33,700 bases of DNA from Desulfobacterales bacterium (GCA_013042695.1 JABDPQ010000229.1:1-33700), one strand, 5' to 3'; counted from the stretch's first letter, positions 17,889 through 27,168 are shown. The notes: generated by a model from the sequence alone, not told the origin. Numbers and translations are program-made.

Positions 17889-18304
17889 TGAAGACTTTTG
17901 ATATGTGCTTCGATCTCATTGCAGATGAGATTACGCTCAGCAGCAGTGGGTGGTCTTCTGTCTATACGATAAAAATGATTGTCACCAAGCCGGTTGCTTC
18001 GGGTGAAGACGACAACTTCATAACGATCCTTAGTCGTCAGTTTCTCTGCCCAGAGCACTCGCTCCAGATCAAGAGAAAAATCAGTACAGACATGTTTGGC
18101 AAATTTTTCCGGATTAGCCGAGATTGAATGACCATGGCCGGTCTCTGAAAATACACACAGGTAGGGTTTGAGAAACTTGACGCCTGGTTGATGGGCCTGA
18201 AGATTTATAATCAGCAGGTTATAGGAACCGGCAAACCAGGCGATCGGATCACGATCTCCATGTCTCTTTCCATCCCAGCTATAGGTACCGTTAAAGATAT
18301 ACAT
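17885..18304 (-). CDS. Hypothetical protein (139 aa), first gene after cooS
   Basis: The ORF-track start at 18313 is a TTG that directly abuts GGAGAG. The ATG at 18304 lies 9 nt after that RBS, so I prefer it. I recognise no family. Confidence 0.55.
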   Translation of the reverse strand: MYIFNGTYSWDGKRHGDRDPIAWFAGSYNLLIINLQAHQPGVKFLKPYLCVFSETGHGHSISANPEKFAKHVCTDFSLDLERVLWAEKLTTKDRYEVVVFTRSNRLGDNHFYRIDRRPPTAAERNLICNEIEAHIKSLQ

Positions 18305-18347
18305 ACGATACAACTCTCCACGACACGCAGGCGGTCAATCAGAAGCA

Positions 18348-18382
18348 GTTCCGGATCTCACCTGCTTGGAAAGATCCGGAAC
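18348..18382 (-). promoter_or_regulatory. Perfect 11-bp stem-loop in the cooS-downstream spacer
   Basis: GTTCCGGATCT (18348..18358) and AGATCCGGAAC (18372..18382) are exact reverse complements around a 13-nt loop. It lies 15 nt after the cooS stop. No U-run follows on the minus strand, so it is not a classical intrinsic terminator. Confidence 0.5.
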
Positions 18383-18396
18383 GCAAGGTATTATTA

Positions 18397-20358
18397 TCAG
18401 GCTGTTGCCTCCAGGGCTCGACGATCAGCCATATCGAGCAGCACGCGTTCTCTTGCTTTATCAATTCCAAGCTCAGCACGTTTCTTATCGATATGGGCAA
18501 TCATGATTCGGGCCATCTCGTGAGGAGTATCAGCAAACCCCCACTTACCAAACCCTTTACCCTCAAGTTCCTCAAACAGATGCTTCTCGAATCTTGTTGC
18601 TTTGGTGATCGGGAAGGTGTGACCAAAAACGGTAAAGACGCCCGAAGCGACAAAATATTGTCCAATGGCGATCGCCTTCTCACTCATCCACTCAGGTGCA
18701 CAACCGGCAACGGGCAAATCAGCAATGGCGTCGCCTAAGCCCCCCGTTTTAACCATTTCCGAGACCGCCATCAAAATCCTGCTGTTATCAACACAGGCGC
18801 CCAGACCAAGTATCGGTGGAATACCAACAGTCTCACATACCTCTGCCAACCCTTGACCGGCAAGTGCCGCTGCACCCGGCGTTGTCAAGCCGGCTTTGGC
18901 AAGTGCCATCTGCGAACAGCCGGTCTGCACGACCAGGACATCGTTTTTTATCAGCTCCTTGACCAGCTCGACATGCGAGAAGTCCTGTTTTGAACGCGGG
19001 TTGGTGCAGCCGACGACACCGGCAACGCCCCTGATGCGCCCATTTATAATATTATCATTGAGTGGTTCATAGCCACCCCTAAATGAACCTCCGAGCATAT
19101 ATTTGATGTATTCGTGCGAAAAGCCATGAACCCCTTTGGCGACGTTACGTGGGATTTCTATAGCCGCAGACCGGTTTTTGTACCGGGAAATTGCCTTGAT
19201 GATGATCTCATCAGTGCATTTCATCGGGTCATGTTCGTCGAGTTCGATGTGCAGAGCATTTTCGATTTTGGCTCGATAGTTTGTGGTAATGAACTCGGTA
19301 TCATAACAGCCGGCGACTTTATGCAGGTCCTGCTTAATACACTGGATATCAACGGTCATTGCATCAACCGCGCCCGTGACAAGGGCAGCTTCAGTTGACG
19401 AGAAGTTACCTGCGTGCGGTATGCCATGTCGTGAAAGCACATCAAGACCTGAACAGCACATACCGACCAGGTTCAGCCCTTTAGCCCCGGCGTCAGTAGC
19501 CATTTTTTTAATTGACGGTGCATCAGCTGAGATCATCATGGCTTCAAGCAGAATCGGTTCATGGCCATGAACAATAATATTTACATGATCTTCCTTCAAT
19601 ACTCCCATGTCTACGGATACTTCAACCGGAGAGGGTGTGCCAAAAAGAATATCGGAGATGTCAGTTGAAACCATTGAACCACCCCAACCGTCAGCCAGGG
19701 CCGTACGGGAAATCTGTTTAGTGATGTTCTCATAATCCTGGTCAACTCCCATGGCAGATCGATGCATCATCTCCATGATCTCCCGCATAGCCCCCCGGGG
19801 CACAATGCCTTCGCGCCGCCATGTTTCCAGGGTTTGTTCCGGTACTCTCTTTACCAGTGGAATTTCACCTTCTACCTGGGTGTAGGTCATTTCCAATGCT
19901 TCATAGACGTCTGTGGCAATCTCCTTGATAGACCTGCCATCAACCTCGATGTCAAGTGATTCAGCCACCTCCTTTAATTTCATGGTATCTTTGATCTCAA
20001 AATCGGTAACCGTTCCCTCAATTACCCCTCGAAAGAGATCAAGCATTGCCATACCGTGGTCGGTGTGTGCCGCCGTTCCTGCTGCTACCATTCTACCGAA
20101 ATTTCTCGCTGCAATCGTGTCTATGGTTGCCCCACAGACACCAACACGCTTATAGGGATCGCTCGGGTTCATACGACACGGTCCCATAGAGCAGTGCTTA
20201 CAACAGGCAGAATCGGCACCAATCGGACAAGGCTTCACTTCCTCCGATCGATCAAAAAATAGTTCCACCCCATCCCTGCGGGCTTTAAGAATCATCTGCT
20301 GGGTGGATTCACAAATAGTAATGTCTTCTGGTCGAATTAATTGTTTAGGCTTTGCCAT
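18397..20358 (-). CDS. cooS: Anaerobic Ni-Fe-S carbon monoxide dehydrogenase catalytic subunit
   Basis: It has the N-terminal cluster motif CPIGADSACCKHCSMGPCRMNP and CooS blocks throughout (HGHEP, GMCCSG, VGCTNPR, GACVDNSR). I set the start at the ATG at 20358, which has a GGGGGAGGAG RBS. The 26 upstream codons in the ORF track have none. Confidence 0.92.
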   Translation of the reverse strand: MAKPKQLIRPEDITICESTQQMILKARRDGVELFFDRSEEVKPCPIGADSACCKHCSMGPCRMNPSDPYKRVGVCGATIDTIAARNFGRMVAAGTAAHTDHGMAMLDLFRGVIEGTVTDFEIKDTMKLKEVAESLDIEVDGRSIKEIATDVYEALEMTYTQVEGEIPLVKRVPEQTLETWRREGIVPRGAMREIMEMMHRSAMGVDQDYENITKQISRTALADGWGGSMVSTDISDILFGTPSPVEVSVDMGVLKEDHVNIIVHGHEPILLEAMMISADAPSIKKMATDAGAKGLNLVGMCCSGLDVLSRHGIPHAGNFSSTEAALVTGAVDAMTVDIQCIKQDLHKVAGCYDTEFITTNYRAKIENALHIELDEHDPMKCTDEIIIKAISRYKNRSAAIEIPRNVAKGVHGFSHEYIKYMLGGSFRGGYEPLNDNIINGRIRGVAGVVGCTNPRSKQDFSHVELVKELIKNDVLVVQTGCSQMALAKAGLTTPGAAALAGQGLAEVCETVGIPPILGLGACVDNSRILMAVSEMVKTGGLGDAIADLPVAGCAPEWMSEKAIAIGQYFVASGVFTVFGHTFPITKATRFEKHLFEELEGKGFGKWGFADTPHEMARIMIAHIDKKRAELGIDKARERVLLDMADRRALEATA

Positions 20359-20697
20359 GGCTCCTCCCCCTGGAAGGTTTTTGTGGGTGAACTTTCCTGA
20401 AAATGCCTGGAAAGCATATGATTTTTTTTCGTACACTCAGTAAATTGGAATGTGGATATCTCCAATATTGAGAATTATTCTCATATAGAACACTATAATA
20501 CCGCCACATTGTGGTAATGTCAAATAGAAAAAGATCGGAAAAAATAAAGATAAACGCTGAAAAATAACCAGATAGCCAAACGAAGGGAATCGTCAACTTT
20601 ATGGCGACCCAACAGTTAAATTGACCAACTCTACGAATAGCATAACACCTTTCTGCAGCAGTAGCAGGAAAACCGATATTGGCAGGGGATGAAAAAA

Positions 20698-21768
20698 TTA
20701 TACTTGAAAACGGATATTGAGAACATCACCATCAACGACAATATAGTCTTTGCCCTGAACAAACATTTTACCCTGTTTTTTCAGCTCAGCCTCACTGCCG
20801 TACTCTACAAGCTCATCATACTTCATGACTTCCGCCCTGATAAAACCTTTCTGCAGATCTGAGTGAATAACCCCTGCGGCAACCGGTGCTGGCGAATTTA
20901 CCCGCACCAGCCACTGGTGTACTTCATCCTTGCCGACGGTAAAAAATGATACCCGGCCAAGAGCTTTTATACACAGACGGGTAAGGGTTTCCAAGGCTGG
21001 TTCCTGAATCCCGAGGTCCTGAAGAAATTCCACTTTTTCTTCTTCACTGTCAAGCTGGACAATTTCAGATTCAACCTGTGCTGAAACGATCATCGCCTCA
21101 ATTTTTTCGGCTGTGCAAATATCCTTGATGTTTATTAGTAAAGACTCATCTTCTAAAGCATCTTCCGAGACATTAAAGACGATGACCAATTCTTTGCGGG
21201 TAATAAAGGGGTAACTGCGTATCATCAGGTCTTCACCTTCACTAAATACCATTAAACGAAGAGGCTTCTCATCTTCCAGATGACAGAGAATCTTTCTCAT
21301 TAATTCAAGCTCTTTGGCCTGTTTTTCATCTTTAATTTTCTTTACGCTTAATTCCAGACGCTCGATACGCTTTTCCACAAAAATCTGATCGTGCATCAGG
21401 AGTTCGGAATTGATCATTTCCACGTCCCGAAGCGGGTCGACAGTTCCCTCAGCATGATAGACAGCCTCATCCTCAAAGGCACGAACGACATGGCAGATTG
21501 CATCCACATCGCTGATGTCGCGAAAGATTTCTCCTTTGACTATTGTCTCCTGCTCAATCTTTGGCAGCAGTACCAAATCGATGCGGGCCCGGGTTTCTTT
21601 TTTGGGCCCGTACATGGCTACGAGTTTATCAAAACGCTGGTCGACAATATTTGCGATTCCCGGCACCGGTTTGAGCTGTCCTGATTGCTCTTTTAGCTGA
21701 GTTCCTGTTACAATCTGGAAAAGCGTCTTTTTACCGGTTTGCGGCAGACCAATTATTCCTACTTTCAT
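20698..21768 (-). CDS. ychF: Redox-regulated ATPase / ribosome-binding GTPase YchF
   Basis: It has a P-loop (IIGLPQTGKKTLF), the Obg-family layout, and a C-terminal TGS-like block (FFTVGKDEVHQW...GVIHSDLQKGFIRAEV). Confidence 0.9.
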   Translation of the reverse strand: MKVGIIGLPQTGKKTLFQIVTGTQLKEQSGQLKPVPGIANIVDQRFDKLVAMYGPKKETRARIDLVLLPKIEQETIVKGEIFRDISDVDAICHVVRAFEDEAVYHAEGTVDPLRDVEMINSELLMHDQIFVEKRIERLELSVKKIKDEKQAKELELMRKILCHLEDEKPLRLMVFSEGEDLMIRSYPFITRKELVIVFNVSEDALEDESLLINIKDICTAEKIEAMIVSAQVESEIVQLDSEEEKVEFLQDLGIQEPALETLTRLCIKALGRVSFFTVGKDEVHQWLVRVNSPAPVAAGVIHSDLQKGFIRAEVMKYDELVEYGSEAELKKQGKMFVQGKDYIVVDGDVLNIRFQV

Positions 21769-22135
21769 ATACCCCTCAACATATTACCTTTGGCACATCA
21801 ACCTGCTATTATTTGCCCTGCCAATACATCTGACGCCATCGCGATCAGCACACGATAACCAGTTTAGAATTCAGTAAACCCACTATAGCTCTACTGTCCT
21901 GCAGTCGTTTTATCGACCAGCCAGTCCTGCGTCGACTATATACCATAGATTCAGCAAAACGGGGATTCTACGAGTTATCGAAAAAGCTGACAATATTTTT
22001 TGTCATAGTGCAGTAATGTATCAATTTTTCATAAATTTATTTGACGTATCGTCTTTAGCCATTTAAAAATAGATGTGCATTTGTTAGCCGTTTTACCAAT
22101 GAGTAGTAAACTGTCAATAAAACAAGGAGACTCAC

Positions 22136-22327
22136 ATGAAAGCAGTAATCACTAATCAATGTATGGGTGACAGAAATTGCAACAAGCTTTGTCCCGAAGT
22201 TTTTGAATATGATGAAGATCAATTGCTCTCAATTGTCAAATTTGATCAAATCCCAGAACATCTGCAAGATATTGTCCAGCAAGCGGCCCGCGAATGTGGT
22301 GCTGATGCCATCGAGATAAAAGAGTAG
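22136..22327 (+). CDS. Small single-cluster ferredoxin
   Basis: A 63-aa ORF with CMGDRNCNKLCPEVFEYD...ARECGADAIEI, which is the mono-cluster ferredoxin layout. The last Cys is followed by Gly rather than the usual Pro. AAGGAG RBS. Confidence 0.75.
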   Translation: MKAVITNQCMGDRNCNKLCPEVFEYDEDQLLSIVKFDQIPEHLQDIVQQAARECGADAIEIKE

Positions 22328-22341
22328 ATTAGTAAACCGAT

Positions 22342-22917
22342 ATGGGACGATTTAGAGAAAGCCAGACAGCAAAAAACCTGCTCACCTCATTTTCAGCCGA
22401 AGCCCAGGCACGAACCCGCTACAACTTTTTCGGCATGCGTGCAGAAGAAGAAGGGTATATGCAAATTGCCAAGCTCTTTGACGAGACGGCGGATCAGGAG
22501 TATGAACACGCCCTGAGATTCTTCAAATTCTTTAACGGCGGAGAATTGGAAATAGCCTGGAATTTCCCGTCTGGGGTCATTGAAGAGACGCATGCTAACC
22601 TGCTCTCATCTGCAGAACTTGAGCTTTACGTTCACGATATCATGTACAAGGGGTTTGCAGAAATTGCCCGCGAGGAAGGCTACAAGCGGGCAGCTGACAC
22701 CTTTGATGCCATAAGTGTTGCAGAGCGTCATCATGAAGAACTATTTCGAGGTCTTGCCGACAACATCAGCAATAATCGAGTTTTTCTGCGCCAGGATACA
22801 CAGAAATGGAAATGCATTGGCTGCGGCTATATCCATCATGGTGCCGAAGCTCCGGATAAATGTCCCGCTTGTGTCAGACCTCAGGGTTACTTTGAACTAC
22901 TGGCACAAAACTGGTAA
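22342..22917 (+). CDS. rbr: Rubrerythrin
   Basis: It has the diiron four-helix motifs (EAQARTRYNFF, EYEHA, ERHHEE) plus a C-terminal rubredoxin-like CxxC...CxxC (CIGCGY...CPAC). Confidence 0.9.
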   Translation: MGRFRESQTAKNLLTSFSAEAQARTRYNFFGMRAEEEGYMQIAKLFDETADQEYEHALRFFKFFNGGELEIAWNFPSGVIEETHANLLSSAELELYVHDIMYKGFAEIAREEGYKRAADTFDAISVAERHHEELFRGLADNISNNRVFLRQDTQKWKCIGCGYIHHGAEAPDKCPACVRPQGYFELLAQNW

Positions 22918-22926
22918 CTGACCAAC

Positions 22927-22966
22927 AGGCGGCTTTATCCGAAAAGGTAAGGCCGCCTCTCCTTTT
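22927..22966 (+). terminator. Rho-independent terminator after rubrerythrin
   Basis: A 13-bp stem pairs 22927..22939 with 22946..22958: 7 G/C-rich Watson-Crick pairs at the base, then 6 more pairs including 2 G-U. The loop is the 6-nt CGAAAA. It is followed by CTCCTTTTCC. Confidence 0.6.
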
Positions 22967-22994
22967 CCATCATAGTAAACCATTCTTTTTGCTA

Positions 22995-23807
22995 TTAAGC
23001 TGCCACCACCAAGCCATGCTTGAGGGCCAGCCGCTCAAACATCTGGGTAAGACCGGCTCCAAGAGTAAAAGCAGCCTCTGCTCCAAGATTATCATCGACA
23101 GTTCTGTCAAAAAACACATTGAGACTTGATCCCATCCCCTCGTCTTTTTTCCAATAGCATATCATCAGAGGCACCTTCGGCAGGACAGGCAGCACGACGG
23201 AGATATCAGACTCAAAAAGGCTATCAACCTGCCTGCCTTGAAACAGATCCGTTATGTCATTAAAGAAATCGGTATAAATATCAGCAACCCGTTTCATGGC
23301 TTCTTCGCATCGTTTTCTAAAAAGTGGATAACGCTCCTTTCCCCCTCGGAGTTCTCGAAACGAAACCCATTCTCCGACGACATCACTGCCCTGACAATTC
23401 ATTACATAGATTAGAAATGGTCCGGTAATCCAAGGATTTACATGAATGTCTGAGCAGATGTTGCCCTGCGTATCAATGCCAAAATCTTTTCCAAGAATTT
23501 TTATCGTTAAACCCTCACCAGAGAAGTTGCCTCCTATCCGTGCCGCCGCCTCTTTCAGGTCACTCCTGGCCACCATCTGTTTGAGGGTTTCCAGACCGTC
23601 AACTTCGGCCTGACTGACGTGGTCTTCCCGTACCTCTGGTGCAAATCTTGCTGCAACAGCAGGATCCAGCACCGGACAATCATATATAGATCGCCGTCCC
23701 TGGTAGACCATACCGGCAAATGCCAGACAGGTCTTCTCACCACACTTCCTGCAATTGCTTTTATCCAGCAGCGAAAAAACCTGCATAACGTTTTCAGGTT
23801 TCGCCAT
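22995..23807 (-). CDS. Fe-S-domain (CoFeSP/RnfB-type N-terminal cluster motif) + DUF3786 protein
   Basis: The N-terminus carries CRKCGEKTCLAFAG...C (Cx2Cx4Cx16C), like the N-terminal 4Fe-4S motif of the corrinoid Fe-S protein large subunit and RnfB. The remainder is collinear with the 17096..17704 product. GGGAG RBS. Confidence 0.75.
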   Translation of the reverse strand: MAKPENVMQVFSLLDKSNCRKCGEKTCLAFAGMVYQGRRSIYDCPVLDPAVAARFAPEVREDHVSQAEVDGLETLKQMVARSDLKEAAARIGGNFSGEGLTIKILGKDFGIDTQGNICSDIHVNPWITGPFLIYVMNCQGSDVVGEWVSFRELRGGKERYPLFRKRCEEAMKRVADIYTDFFNDITDLFQGRQVDSLFESDISVVLPVLPKVPLMICYWKKDEGMGSSLNVFFDRTVDDNLGAEAAFTLGAGLTQMFERLALKHGLVVAA

Positions 23808-23875
23808 TCAGTGCTCCCAGTTCAAGATATAGGTTCCAATCAAAGCTACAGAGACATGGCAATAAGATCTCACAG

Positions 23876-25162
23876 CTAGCGCGCTGCAAGTGGTACAAAA
23901 TTTCTTGTCGCCTCACCGGTATAAATCTGTCGGGGCCTGGAAAGACGCTGCTTGTGCTCCAAGAGTTCCCGCCAGTTTGAAATCCAGCCCGGCATTCTGC
24001 CGATGGCGAACAACACCGTATACATATTAAGCGGGATACCTATTGCACGCAAGAGAATGCCACTGTAGAAGTCTACGTTTGGATAGAGATTTCGTTCGAC
24101 AAAATAGCTGTCTTTCAAGGTCTCTTCTTCCAGTTCAAGGGCAACTTCAAGCAACGGGTCATCCTGATGGAGTTCCTCAAGCACCTTATAAACCTGCTTT
24201 TTCATGATCAGAGAGCGCGGATCGAAATTTTTATAAACCCGATGACCAAAGCCCATGAGTTTGTAGTCGTTTTCTTTATCCTTTGCCATGTCAAGATATT
24301 GGCTCAGCGGCCGGCCTGATGTCTTAATATCTTCAAGCATCTTGATTACCGCCGCATTTGCGCCACCATGAAGCGGGCCCCAAAGAGCGCACACTCCTGC
24401 GGCTACAGAACTGAACAAGTTGGCACGTGAACTGCCGACAACTCGCACGGTCGAGGTAGAGCAGTTCTGTTCATGATCAGCATGCAGAACCAGGAAAAGA
24501 TTCAATGCCTTGACGATTACTGGAGAAGCAACATATTCCCGATACGGATCAGAAAACATCATATGAAGGAAGTTAGAGCAATAACTCAAGTTCGGATTTG
24601 GATGGTTGAATGGCTTGCCTGCAGCCATACGATAGGAAAAAGCACTGATCGTCCTGACTTTGGATAAAAGCAGAGCGACAGTCCGATCAAATTCAGGTCC
24701 CTCTGAGTGAACCTCCAGAACCTCCGGGTGAAAGCAGGAGATGAGATTGAGCATCGCTGACAAAATTGCCATCGGGGGCGATGTTTTTGGGAAACCAGAA
24801 AAGTGATGTTCCAGGTTGGTGTGTAAGGCGGCATGTTCTGAGATCGACTCTCTGAATGCCCGGAGCTGTTTTACGTTTGGTAATTCACCGTATAAAATGA
24901 GATAGGCCACCTCGACAAACGTCGCTTTTTCAGCAATCTCTTCGATCGGATATCCTCTGTAACGCAATATACCTTTATCCCCGTCAACGTAGGTGATGGA
25001 TGAGTAACAGGAGCCGGTATTTCCGTATCCTGGATCCATGGTAATGTAACCGGACTCTTTACGCAGCTTCTGAATATCAACACATTTTTCATTTTCTGTA
25101 CCGATGGTGACGTCTAGATCATAGGTTTTGTCACCGATAGTTAAGTGTGCCTTCTCACTCAT
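23876..25162 (-). CDS. gltA: Citrate synthase
   Basis: It shows characteristic citrate synthase blocks: ILRYRGYPIEE, HADHEQN, GPLHGGAN, GFGHRVYK. AGGAG RBS. Confidence 0.92.
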   Translation of the reverse strand: MSEKAHLTIGDKTYDLDVTIGTENEKCVDIQKLRKESGYITMDPGYGNTGSCYSSITYVDGDKGILRYRGYPIEEIAEKATFVEVAYLILYGELPNVKQLRAFRESISEHAALHTNLEHHFSGFPKTSPPMAILSAMLNLISCFHPEVLEVHSEGPEFDRTVALLLSKVRTISAFSYRMAAGKPFNHPNPNLSYCSNFLHMMFSDPYREYVASPVIVKALNLFLVLHADHEQNCSTSTVRVVGSSRANLFSSVAAGVCALWGPLHGGANAAVIKMLEDIKTSGRPLSQYLDMAKDKENDYKLMGFGHRVYKNFDPRSLIMKKQVYKVLEELHQDDPLLEVALELEEETLKDSYFVERNLYPNVDFYSGILLRAIGIPLNMYTVLFAIGRMPGWISNWRELLEHKQRLSRPRQIYTGEATRNFVPLAAR

Positions 25163-25440
25163 AATATCTCCTTTGTTGACAACAAATTTATGGGCAATCC
25201 CATTTCTTTTAAACCCTGTCTATTATCTACTAGTGATAATTATTATTCATTAATACGCAATGTTCTGTTATCGAGCAAGTCCATCACGTTTACCGTAGAT
25301 TGATTTTCTTTGATTTCAGTGGCCAATATACAGCGCAGCATGGCCTTTTAAATTGACATTTGTTGATGATCATTATTAGTATCATTGATAATGATTCCAG
25401 GTGACATCCATCGCACAACTATTCTTTCCCCAAGGACCTT

Positions 25441-26214
25441 ATGAGTGACAAGATCGCCGCAATAACACTTGAAGACATTCACAAAAGTTTTGGTAATAAT
25501 GAAGTCCTGTGCGGTATTTCGGTTACTGCTCACAAAGGTGAAGTGATCTCTGTCCTCGGCCCCAGCGGCAGTGGAAAATCCACCCTGCTGCGCTGCACCA
25601 ACCTGCTGGAAATACCAGATAGCGGTACCCTTAAAGTCTCCGGCGAAGAAGTACTGATGAGAAAGAATCGGCGGGGCCAAAATCAGCCGGCAGATATGCG
25701 CCAGGTTGAGCGGATCAGGTCCAAACTGGCAATGGTTTTTCAACAATTCAACCTCTGGTCGCATATGACCATTTTGGAAAATATTATTGAAGCACCTATC
25801 CATGTACTCAAGGTTTCCCGTGCAGAGGCTGTTGATAAGGCGAAAGAATACCTGCAGAAGGTTGGCATACCGGACAAACTCGATGCTTATCCATCACATC
25901 TTTCCGGCGGACAGCAGCAGCGTGCTGCCATAGCAAGGGCTCTGGCAGTTGAGCCAGAAGTCATTCTTTTTGATGAGCCAACTTCCGCACTTGACCCGGA
26001 ACTTGTCGGCGAAGTGCTGCAAGTAATGCATAATCTGGCCGAGGAAGGACGCACGATGATCGTTGTCACCCACGAGATGGGCTTTGCACGTGAGGTCTCC
26101 TCCCGGGTTATATTTCTCGATGAGGGACTCGTAATGGAAGACGGCTCCCCAGCAGAGATATTCGAAGCTCCAAAAACCGATCGCTTTAAAACGTTCATTA
26201 AGGCGATGGTATGA
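25441..26214 (+). CDS. Polar amino-acid ABC transporter, ATP-binding protein (HisP/ArtP-like)
   Basis: Walker A (GPSGSGKST), signature (LSGGQQQR) and Walker B ([11 protein letters not shown]). Confidence 0.9.
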   Translation: MSDKIAAITLEDIHKSFGNNEVLCGISVTAHKGEVISVLGPSGSGKSTLLRCTNLLEIPDSGTLKVSGEEVLMRKNRRGQNQPADMRQVERIRSKLAMVFQQFNLWSHMTILENIIEAPIHVLKVSRAEAVDKAKEYLQKVGIPDKLDAYPSHLSGGQQQRAAIARALAVEPEVILFDEPTSALDPELVGEVLQVMHNLAEEGRTMIVVTHEMGFAREVSSRVIFLDEGLVMEDGSPAEIFEAPKTDRFKTFIKAMV

Positions 26215-26353
26215 GAGTCTCTCGCCTAAGCGATGGATAACCAGGGATATAACGAACATTGCCTATGAGCGTGCAATCCCTTATCAGATATTGACGATTT
26301 GAGGAAATTATCCAGACAAAGCGTTCTATTCAATTATGAAAGGAGGAAAAGGA

Positions 26354-27133
26354 ATGAAGAGAATTGTATTGATTTTTACTTTGACTTTGATGGTGCTGAC
26401 GGCAAGTGTTGCTATGGCAAAAGACTGGGGAAAAGTCCGCATCGGAGTTGAGGGTGCCTATCCGCCATTCAGCTATGTTACTCCTGGCGGTGAGTTAGCT
26501 GGTTTTGATATTGATATCGCTAAAGCGCTTGGTAAAGCAATGGGGGCCGAAGTGACGCTCGTACCGCAGGATTGGGATGGCATAATTCCCGCACTTCTGG
26601 CCAAGAAATATGATGCAATCATCGCCTCCATGTCGGTCACTGAGGAGCGAAAAAAGAAGGTGGCTTTTACCAACAAATATTACCAGACCCCTGCCAAGTT
26701 CATCGTTAAAAAAGGAGCTATTGGTGATTTTTCGCGCGAGGCAATCAAGGGTAAAAATATCGGGGTTCAGCGTGCCACCATTCACGATAAATACCTGACT
26801 GACAATTATGGAAAAGAGGTCTCAATCAAGCGATATGGATCTCAGGACGAAGCCTATCTTGACCTCACGGCCGGCAGGGTTGACATGTTGCTTGCCGACA
26901 GTGTTGCACTCTCGGATGGATTTTTGAAGAAGCCTGAAGGCAAAGACTACCAATTTATTGGACCCGACCTTAATGATCCGAAATGGTTCGGTGATGGTGC
27001 AGGTATTGCCATCCGCAAAGAAGACACGGATCTGGTCGAAAAATTCAATAATGCCATTGATCAAATTCGCAGTGATGGCACCTATAAAACCATTCAGGAC
27101 AAATATTTCGATTTCAACGTCTATGGTGAATAA
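26354..27133 (+). CDS. Periplasmic basic amino-acid binding protein (HisJ/ArgT-like)
   Basis: It has a signal peptide (MKRIVLIFTLTLMVLTASVAMA) and the family-3 SBP pattern (GFDIDIAKAL...). I set the start at the ATG at 26354, 7 nt after AGGAGG (26341..26346). Confidence 0.88.
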   Translation: MKRIVLIFTLTLMVLTASVAMAKDWGKVRIGVEGAYPPFSYVTPGGELAGFDIDIAKALGKAMGAEVTLVPQDWDGIIPALLAKKYDAIIASMSVTEERKKKVAFTNKYYQTPAKFIVKKGAIGDFSREAIKGKNIGVQRATIHDKYLTDNYGKEVSIKRYGSQDEAYLDLTAGRVDMLLADSVALSDGFLKKPEGKDYQFIGPDLNDPKWFGDGAGIAIRKEDTDLVEKFNNAIDQIRSDGTYKTIQDKYFDFNVYGE

Positions 27134-27168
27134 GTTGCCAAGGCGCAATCTAATCCCTCGCATCACTC

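Noticed and set aside
21791-21806. A sigma-54-like element TGGCAC-N-..TGC downstream of the ychF start region.
   Set aside because: The GG-to-GC spacing is one nucleotide longer than the consensus TGGCACG-N4-TTGC. The -12 element is CTGC rather than TTGC. It lies about 330 nt from the nearest plus-strand gene.
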